Under the pieces are notes generated by a model. The model searched no databases. It was not told where the DNA came from and was given only the letters and a program-made list of their open reading frames with translations. The position numbers were made by a program, and so were the translations under genes. From Myxococcales bacterium (GTDB lineage Bacteria; Myxococcota_A; Polyangia; Polyangiales; Polyangiaceae), in the NCBI GenBank assembly GCA_016720545.1, contig JADKKK010000003.1, positions 217,516-281,515 on the forward strand: a stretch of DNA of 64,000 bases, given 5' to 3'. This document shows positions 27,261 through 33,785 of the stretch, piece by piece; the stretch's first letter is position 1, and every line of letters starts with the position of its first letter.

Positions 27261-28237
27261 TGGAGATCGAGGTCCTGGGGCTTGACGCCGGGGACCACTT
27301 CCATGATCGACATGGCGGTGGTTCCAGAGCCGGCCGCGCGCCGCGCGGTGATGATCACCTGGGTGCCGCCGTTGAAGTACGCCCGCATCGTGCCTTCGGG
27401 GTGCTCGGGGGCGATCGAGCGCCAGTCGCCCGTGCTGGCGGCCCACTTGTCGTAGAAGACGCCCACGTCCTCTGGCGCCAGCGAGGTCTCGTAGATGCGC
27501 ACGCCATACGGGCTGCCGACGACCTCGGCCGTCATGAGGCGCTTGGCGCCGTTGGGGCGCGGGAGGAGCGAGTCGCTGCCGGGAGCGGTGCCGTCCGTGT
27601 TGGCGATCTTCGCGAAACTAAAGGAGTTGTCGGTCCAGGCGGTGACCACGCGGGTGCCGTGGGTGGTCTCCCGCGCATAGACGTACCGAAGCTTGCCGAG
27701 GTCGCCAAGGTCCTGCGACTCGGCGAAATTCTTGAGGGCGTCCGTGGCGCTGTTGGACGTGCGCTCTCCCTTGATGAGGCACATCACCGCGCCCTCGCCC
27801 GTGCTCCCCTGGGTGCGGAGGATGCCCGAGTGCATCGTCTTCGGCAGCTTGTGCCCGTCGACCACCATGTTCGCCTTGGGCACCTGCGACCAGAGCTCTC
27901 CAAGGGCGCCTTTGTCTTGCTCGCAGCGGCCCTCATAGTCGTCCAGAATCGACTTCACCGTCGCGTCGGTCATGCCTTCGCGAAGGAAGAAGCTCTGGCC
28001 GTTGAGGCGGACTTCACTGGCGCCGTCGCTCGCGAGCGGCGCGATCTCGCGGCCAAACTTGAGGGTCGCCTTGCCGATATCGGCCTTAGCGGTGTGGGTC
28101 GCGAACAGGCCAACGCCGAGACCCGCCACGAGCACGACCGCAGCTGCGCGGCCCGCGCCGCGGATTTGCTGTGCGCGGGCGCTGTTGAAGCCCTTGGCGT
28201 TTCGCCAGGCGATGAGCAGGGGGCCGAGCATGTTCAT
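27257..28237 (-). CDS. Hypothetical N-terminally anchored membrane/periplasmic protein
   Basis: It has a TM near the N-terminus ('AAVVLVAGLGVGLFA') and is co-operonic with the pseudopilin genes. No recognisable domain was found. Confidence 0.5.
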   Translation of the reverse strand: MNMLGPLLIAWRNAKGFNSARAQQIRGAGRAAAVVLVAGLGVGLFATHTAKADIGKATLKFGREIAPLASDGASEVRLNGQSFFLREGMTDATVKSILDDYEGRCEQDKGALGELWSQVPKANMVVDGHKLPKTMHSGILRTQGSTGEGAVMCLIKGERTSNSATDALKNFAESQDLGDLGKLRYVYARETTHGTRVVTAWTDNSFSFAKIANTDGTAPGSDSLLPRPNGAKRLMTAEVVGSPYGVRIYETSLAPEDVGVFYDKWAASTGDWRSIAPEHPEGTMRAYFNGGTQVIITARRAAGSGTTAMSIMEVVPGVKPQDLDLQ

Positions 28238-28280
28238 GGCGACCGCCCCTGGCCTCACTTCGGTTCATGGGACCAAACTC

Positions 28281-28796
28281 CTAGTTCGCCGCGCCAGCGA
28301 TCTTACCCTTAACGTAGCCGAACATGCCGCTGAAGCTGCCGTCTTCCGGTGTCTCGTTGCACACGGCGGTCGACGTGAGACTGTTGACCTTGAGCGAGAG
28401 CCCCATCCCCCGGGTGGAGGTGTTGGGCTTCGGATTGATGACGGTGGTCGAGGCGTACGTGACCTGGGTCTTCGCCATGAAGCCGCTGGTCTTCGCCTGC
28501 CCTGGAGCGTTCGCGAGGGCCTCGGCCGACTGGCTGTCGGCGGCGCCGACGCCGCCTCCCACCCCCGCGGAGCCCTGCGAGCGGCTCGTGTTTCCGTACT
28601 GAATCACCTGCCGCTGGCACTGGTGAGAGGCGTAGTCGAGCGCCATGGAGCGCGCCTGCTGGTTCTGCGTGAGCTTCACCGTGTACGCGTTGCCCATCAT
28701 CATGGTGAGTCCGAGGAAGGAGACCATCACCGGCAGCACCACCGCCGCTTCCACCATCGCCGCTCCCCGAAGGGAGAATTTGCGGGACTTCTTCAT
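28281..28796 (-). CDS. TadE-like pseudopilin
   Basis: The N-terminus ('RGAAMVEAAVVLPVMVSFLGLTMMMG') is the TadE/TadF signature. The ATG at 28796 is in frame. Confidence 0.65.
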   Translation of the reverse strand: MKKSRKFSLRGAAMVEAAVVLPVMVSFLGLTMMMGNAYTVKLTQNQQARSMALDYASHQCQRQVIQYGNTSRSQGSAGVGGGVGAADSQSAEALANAPGQAKTSGFMAKTQVTYASTTVINPKPNTSTRGMGLSLKVNSLTSTAVCNETPEDGSFSGMFGYVKGKIAGAAN

Positions 28797-28812
28797 GGTT
28801 GGGTCCTGGGTT

Positions 28813-30273
28813 CTAGTGGAGCATCTGGGGGATGACCGGGCCCGTGGGGTCGATGCCGAGCGCGCCGTTGATTGCGCCGCTGGCCGCCGCGGTGCCCTTC
28901 TTGATGGTGTCGTCCACGATGGCGCCAGCGAACGGACCGCCCTTACCGATGGCGCCTTCAATCGACTTGTACGCGTCGCTGCCCTTGATGGAGTCGCCGA
29001 GCTTGCCGCCGAGGAAGTCGGCCACCGGGCCGATGAAGAGGTCGGCGAGGGCGCCGCCGAGCAGCGAGCCGAGCGACGGAGACTTCACGTGGCGGATACG
29101 GGCCATCCACCGCATGTTGAAGGTGACCTCGGTCGAGCTGTCCCCATTGCACTTGGCGTCGGCAAACTTCGCGTCGCAGTCGTAGTAGAACTCGGCCTGG
29201 GCGGAGTAGATGGGGGCCTGGGGGACGCGGCCGCGAGCGGCGACCGCTTGGGAGTACACGGCGCCCTTGCTCCCGATGGCGAGCGCCACCTTGCTCTCCG
29301 CGAAGCCTTCGTCGTACTTCGTAGGCGTGAGAATCGACCAGATTTGCAGCCAGTCGTTGCCATTCGACGCGGGGCCGTACCACTTCTTCCAGCCGAGGTT
29401 CTGGTTCTTCCACACACCTCCGTTGCAGTAGCCGCGCCCTTCGACGAAGCGCCCGCCGACCCAGGAGATGATGGAGCCGAGGAAGCTCGGGAAGAAGCTG
29501 CCCACTGAGTCGGTGACGCGCAGGCAGAGCTCTGCGTTTTCGGCGAGCGTGACCGGAAGGCCGAGCTTCATGCCGAAGGTGGTGGGCTTCGCGCCGCCGG
29601 CCGCTGGGGCGCCGGCCGCGCCGGTCGCGGGCACCGACGGAGGCTTGCCGCCGCCAAAGTACTTGTCGAGGTTCATCGAGAAGTTGAACCCCGGGATATT
29701 CGACGGCCCGATCGCGAGCCCGGTCGTCTTGTAGTCGGACCCCACGCTGTAGCCAGCGTAGGTGCCGTACCACGGGTAGCCGATGGCCACCGCGGTGCCG
29801 GTCAGGCTGAGCGCCGGCAGGCCAATGTTCACGGCCGAGGCCTCGTAGGCGTTCTTCGCGACGGTGACCGCGCGGTCGGCCGCGGTGGCGACCGGCAAGG
29901 CTTCGCAGCAGAAGGCGCACCCGACGATGGTGGCAGCGCAGGTGGTGAGCAGCGTGACGGCGAGATCGAGCAGGTCCTTCAGGACGCACAGGATCACCCA
30001 GATCAGCGCGATGACGTACATCACGATGTTGATCACGCTGATGATGTTCATGCCGCGGGCGTGGACGACGGCCGACGTGAAGGCCACGTGGTCCGCGCTC
30101 TCTTGCATGCGGTCTTTGAAGACGACGGCGTCGCCGATGCCCTTCATGAACCACATCGCGCCGATGAGGAACGTGGCCATGAAGAGGCCCATCACCATCA
30201 CGGCGCCGCGCGTGTCCTCGCGCAGGTCACGCACGTCGCGAGTTCCGAGCTGGTCGAAGGTTGCGGTTGTCAT
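28813..30273 (-). CDS. TadG-like / large membrane-anchored pilus-associated protein
   Basis: It has N-terminal TM helices and a Gly-rich C-terminus, and lies between the two TadE-like genes. Its start overlaps the stop of the upstream TadE-like gene (TGATG). Confidence 0.5.
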   Translation of the reverse strand: MTTATFDQLGTRDVRDLREDTRGAVMVMGLFMATFLIGAMWFMKGIGDAVVFKDRMQESADHVAFTSAVVHARGMNIISVINIVMYVIALIWVILCVLKDLLDLAVTLLTTCAATIVGCAFCCEALPVATAADRAVTVAKNAYEASAVNIGLPALSLTGTAVAIGYPWYGTYAGYSVGSDYKTTGLAIGPSNIPGFNFSMNLDKYFGGGKPPSVPATGAAGAPAAGGAKPTTFGMKLGLPVTLAENAELCLRVTDSVGSFFPSFLGSIISWVGGRFVEGRGYCNGGVWKNQNLGWKKWYGPASNGNDWLQIWSILTPTKYDEGFAESKVALAIGSKGAVYSQAVAARGRVPQAPIYSAQAEFYYDCDAKFADAKCNGDSSTEVTFNMRWMARIRHVKSPSLGSLLGGALADLFIGPVADFLGGKLGDSIKGSDAYKSIEGAIGKGGPFAGAIVDDTIKKGTAAASGAINGALGIDPTGPVIPQMLH

Positions 30274-30818
30274 CAGTCCACCTTGTACCTTGCGCCTTGA
30301 TTGGGCATCGTCGCTTCGGCCGTGAGGATCTTGCGAGAGCCGGGACAGATGAGTCGACCCATGGGGACCGTGCAGCTGTAGGTCGCCTGCACGCGCACCC
30401 GAACGGGTCCGTAGACGTCGGACATGCTCGAACCGTCTTGGACCGAGACGCTGACGTTCGAGACGGAGCCGCTCGTGATCCAGGGGCTCAGCGCGAGGCC
30501 GGCGGCCTGCTTGACGTCGGTGTTGCTGCCCTTTTCGCCGGGGTTGGTGGGCTTCTTCACCATCACGATGGCCGCGCGCGCCGCGGTGATCGCCGCGTGC
30601 TGAACGCCGAGGTTGACGGTGTAGATCTTCGCCACCTGTACGAAGGAGAAGAACGTGGTGAGCAAAGGCACGACGGCGATGACGAACTCGACCAGGGCCG
30701 CTCCGCGACGATCGTGGAGGAGCGACGCGGGCGCAGAAGCCGAGTCGGAGCTGCCGGAGTCGGCGGAGCCTGACTCATGCGGCGCAGGATTAAAAAATAC
30801 CGACCTGAGCGACTTCAT
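30273..30818 (-). CDS. TadE-like pseudopilin
   Basis: It carries the TadE signature 'RRGAALVEFVIAVVPLLTTFFSFVQV'. The ATG at 30818 was checked. Confidence 0.65.
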   Translation of the reverse strand: MKSLRSVFFNPAPHESGSADSGSSDSASAPASLLHDRRGAALVEFVIAVVPLLTTFFSFVQVAKIYTVNLGVQHAAITAARAAIVMVKKPTNPGEKGSNTDVKQAAGLALSPWITSGSVSNVSVSVQDGSSMSDVYGPVRVRVQATYSCTVPMGRLICPGSRKILTAEATMPNQGARYKVD

Positions 30819-31357
30819 TTCGACCCCCAATGGAAGGCGGTGGTCACGGCGACGCCGATAAAAATACACGGCCCCAGGCGAAACCACGTCATGGCCTCGG
30901 GCTCGACCGCCTTGCGCTTTTCTTTGGGCAAGACGGGATTGAACATCAGATAGATGGTGTTCTTCAGTGTCCTGAAGAGCTTGCCGTCGTAGGCGAGCCG
31001 CGCCGGCGCGATCACGAGCGCCGCCATGAAGGCGTACATCTCGAGCTCGAGGCCGAGCGACGGGTGGCAGAGCGCGCCAAGCGCCGCGAGGAGCTTCAAG
31101 TCGCCGCCGCCGATCGCGTTCTGGCGATAGAGGACCAGCGGGACGACCGCGGTCACACAGGCCCCTGCGACGGAGAAGCCGCCTTCAAAGGCAGCTTCGT
31201 CCGAGGCTATGCCCTGCGCAGAGGCAGCGACGAAGTGGGCGATGGGGGCGAGAAACAGCGCCGGTAGCGTCACCCAATTGGGTATCTGGCCCGACTTCAT
31301 GTCGTACACCGCAGCGATGCCACTTACGATGACCGCTGCGATGAGAAAGGGAATCAT
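30815..31357 (-). CDS. Prepilin peptidase, CpaA/TadV type (A24 family, no methyltransferase domain)
   Basis: It is a polytopic membrane protein with the two catalytic Asp regions ('AAVYDMKSGQIPN' and 'GGGDLKLLAALGA'). Confidence 0.7.
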   Translation of the reverse strand: MIPFLIAAVIVSGIAAVYDMKSGQIPNWVTLPALFLAPIAHFVAASAQGIASDEAAFEGGFSVAGACVTAVVPLVLYRQNAIGGGDLKLLAALGALCHPSLGLELEMYAFMAALVIAPARLAYDGKLFRTLKNTIYLMFNPVLPKEKRKAVEPEAMTWFRLGPCIFIGVAVTTAFHWGSK

Positions 31358-31484
31358 GGCACCATGGCTACCGAATACGGGCGCTTTTTTTTCGCGTGGC
31401 GTGTGGGTCGTGCGCGTGTCCGCGAGGACGCGGGGGCCTGCTCGGTCACCCAAGCCGAGCAGGCCGCACACACGCGCAAGCGGA

Positions 31485-31640
31485 TCAGAGCTGCTGGGTC
31501 GCGTTCGTGGCCGAGCGACCGACGACGGGGCCGAGCGCCTTGAAGGCCGCAGCGGCGAGCAGCAGGACGGCGACGAGGAGGAGCGCGTACTCGACCATGG
31601 AGGCGCCGCGGGACTTCATGCGAAGGATCTGCTTGTTCAT
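31485..31640 (-). CDS. flp: Flp/Fap-family pilin (51 aa)
   Basis: The manual translation is MNKQILRMKSRGASMVEYALLLVAVLLLAAAAFKALGPVVGRSATNATQQL. It carries the Flp motif 'G/ASMVEYAL' and has a GGAGAAG ribosome-binding site. It is absent from the ORF track only because it is short. Confidence 0.75.
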   Translation of the reverse strand: MNKQILRMKSRGASMVEYALLLVAVLLLAAAAFKALGPVVGRSATNATQQL

Positions 31641-31700
31641 GTTCTTCTCCGAGAGGGGTTGCAGGCAGTTGAGGGTGCAGTTGAGGGTGAACGGGGCCTA

Positions 31701-31896
31701 TCAGGGGATAGGCGCCATGAGTGTGGTACGTGACGAACGATAGTCTGCGAGCATCTTCACGCCGCCGGCGGTGATCCCCACCATGGTGGGGACGGCGACG
31801 AACGTGAGGAGGAGAGCGTACTCTACCAGGACGGCGCCGCGGGCTGCGCGCGATGCGCGAGGCGGTAGGGCGGGTCGTGCGAACGCGCTTCGTCAT
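31701..31896 (-). pseudogene. flp: Second flp pilin gene with apparent +1 frameshift in the leader
   Basis: An ATG at 31896 opens 'MTKRVRTTRPTASRIARS...'. The pilin body ('RGAVLVEYALLLTFVAVPTMVGITAGGVKMLADY...') is in the +1 frame with no start codon of its own. Deleting one C in the run 'AGCCCGCGG' restores an intact Flp prepilin. The span is 196 nt, which is not a multiple of 3. Confidence 0.5.
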
Positions 31897-32227
31897 GGAA
31901 GTTCCTCCCGTAGCGGAGCCGGGGAGCTCAAGGTGGAGGGGCGAGGAGGCTTGCACGATGAGGGTATATCCAAGACTCGTGCCATGCCACAAGCCGAGGT
32001 CTCGGAGCGCCGACTTTCGAGCGTTTCACGAAATCATTGGAGAATTCTTCAGGGAAGGCGGGCGGCTCGCACATGTAGGACACTTCCGCAGGATCCGAAT
32101 GGATTCACCATGGTGCGGAGAGGATCCAGCTGGAGTGGATCGTTACCGCGTATGTGGAATATGCAGCGAGGCTCGAAGCGGTGGCGCTGCGCTTGACGAG
32201 ACGCGCTCCGTACGGAACGCTTGAGGC
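31897..32227. promoter_or_regulatory. Divergent low-GC promoter region (flp operon to the left, lipoprotein gene to the right)
   Basis: This is 330 bp with no credible ORF and locally reduced GC. On the minus strand, 'TGGCACGagtcTTGGA' at about 31966-31983 is near the sigma-54 -24/-12 consensus (GG-N10-GG instead of GG-N10-GC). It is roughly 70 nt from the flp2 ATG. Confidence 0.3.
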
Positions 32228-32923
32228 ATGCCACGCACGTTGACCTCTCGGCTTCTCTGGTTGAGCGTCGGCCTCGCCGGCGCGATCACCGCGCTCGGCT
32301 GCGGCAAGCAGCTCGAGCCCGCGCCGGTGCCAGCGTTCAAGTTCTCGCTGCGCGTCGACTCCGACCCGAACCGCCCGCTCGCGGGGGCGAAGGTGCTCCA
32401 CCAGGACAAGGAGGTGGGGGTCACCCAGGCCGACGGGCGCGCGCTCGTCGCGCTGCGCGGCAACGAGGGCGATCAGGCCCAGCTCGTGGTGAAGTGCCCC
32501 GAGACCAACCAGCAGCCCGCGCCCATCGTCGTGGCGCTGCGACGCCTGGCCGACGGGCGGGTCCCCGAGTACGCGATCGCGTGCCCGCCCCTCGTGCGTC
32601 GCGTGGTGGTCGGCATCCGCGCCGACGGCGGCGGGAACCTGCCTGTGGTGTTCCTAGGGAACGTGGTCGCGCGGACCGACAGCTCGGGGGCCGCGCACTT
32701 CGCGCTGGACGTGAAGCCGGGCGAGCAGTTCGAGGTGCAGCTCAAGACCGACGAGAACCCGAAGCTGCTCCCCAAGAACCCGGGGCGGAGCTTCGTGATG
32801 CCGGCGCGAGACGACGTGGTGGTGTTCAACCAAACGTTCTCGCTCGAGAAGACCAAGAAGGTCTACCACTTCGTCGCGAAGCCGCGCGGGCCGCGGCCCG
32901 TCGGCGGCCCCGCGAAGCTGTAG
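32228..32923 (+). CDS. Lipoprotein, hypothetical
   Basis: It has a signal/lipobox ('MPRTLTSRLLWLSVGLAGAITALGC') and coding-like composition throughout. Confidence 0.55.
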   Translation: MPRTLTSRLLWLSVGLAGAITALGCGKQLEPAPVPAFKFSLRVDSDPNRPLAGAKVLHQDKEVGVTQADGRALVALRGNEGDQAQLVVKCPETNQQPAPIVVALRRLADGRVPEYAIACPPLVRRVVVGIRADGGGNLPVVFLGNVVARTDSSGAAHFALDVKPGEQFEVQLKTDENPKLLPKNPGRSFVMPARDDVVVFNQTFSLEKTKKVYHFVAKPRGPRPVGGPAKL

Positions 32924-32932
32924 CGGGCGCGG

Positions 32933-33724
32933 CTACCGGCCTTCGAAGCGGGGCGGGCGCTTGGCCGCGAAGGCCTCGAGCGCCTCGCGGCGATCGGCGC
33001 TCACGAGCACCTTGTCGTAGCTCACCTTCTCGAGCTCGAGCCCCAACGCGAGCGTGGTGTCGAACGAGCGATCGATCGCTTCGAGCGCGGCCGCTTGCGC
33101 GATGGGCGCGCCCTCGGCGATGGGGTGGAGCCACGCGACGGTGTCGTCGACCACGTCGGTGGCCGCGGGAGAGACGCGGTTCACGAGGCCCCACGCGAGC
33201 GCCTCGGGCGCCTCGACGCGGCGGCCGAGGAGGATCATTTCTTTCGCCCGCGCCTCGCCCACCACGCGCGGGAGGCGCTGCGTGCCACCGGCACCCGGGA
33301 TGATGCCGAGGGTGGTCTCGGGGAGCGCGAGCACCGCGTGAGGCGCGGCGACGCGGAGATCGCACATGAGCGCGAGCTCGAGGCCGCCGCCGAAGGCCAC
33401 GCCGTTGATCGCGGCGACGACCGGCTTCGGCGAGCGATCGAGCACGCCGAGCTCTTCGCGATAGAGCTCGACCTGGAGGCGCACGTCGTTCTCCGACATG
33501 CCCTGCCGCTCTTTTAGGTCGGCGCCCGCGCAGAAGGCCTTCTGGCCGGCGCCCGTCAGGACGATCGCGCGCACCGACGGGTTGGCGATCGCCTCGCGTG
33601 TGAGCTTGCCGAGGGCGCGGAGGGTGCCTCGGGATAGGCTGTTCATGCGCTCGGGGCGCGTGATCGTGAAGACCGCGACGGTGCCGCGCTGGTCGACCTC
33701 GACGGGGAAGCTCTCGTCTGCCAT
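32933..33724 (-). CDS. Enoyl-CoA hydratase/isomerase (crotonase fold)
   Basis: It carries crotonase signatures ('AIVLTGAGQKAFCAGADLKE' and 'INGVAFGGGLELALMCDLRVAA'). The ATG at 33724 was checked. The upstream part of track ORF 32933..34393 is rejected. Confidence 0.8.
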   Translation of the reverse strand: MADESFPVEVDQRGTVAVFTITRPERMNSLSRGTLRALGKLTREAIANPSVRAIVLTGAGQKAFCAGADLKERQGMSENDVRLQVELYREELGVLDRSPKPVVAAINGVAFGGGLELALMCDLRVAAPHAVLALPETTLGIIPGAGGTQRLPRVVGEARAKEMILLGRRVEAPEALAWGLVNRVSPAATDVVDDTVAWLHPIAEGAPIAQAAALEAIDRSFDTTLALGLELEKVSYDKVLVSADRREALEAFAAKRPPRFEGR

Positions 33725-33785
33725 GGGCGGCAGTGTCGTGATTCGCTCGCCGGAACTCAAGGCGGAACTCACGCTGGGCGTGCGC

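Noticed and set aside
31853-32224. 123-aa plus-strand ORF in the flp promoter region
   Set aside because: The region has low GC and the ORF has atypical codon usage. It lies in the divergent promoter between the flp operon and the lipoprotein gene, with no domain.
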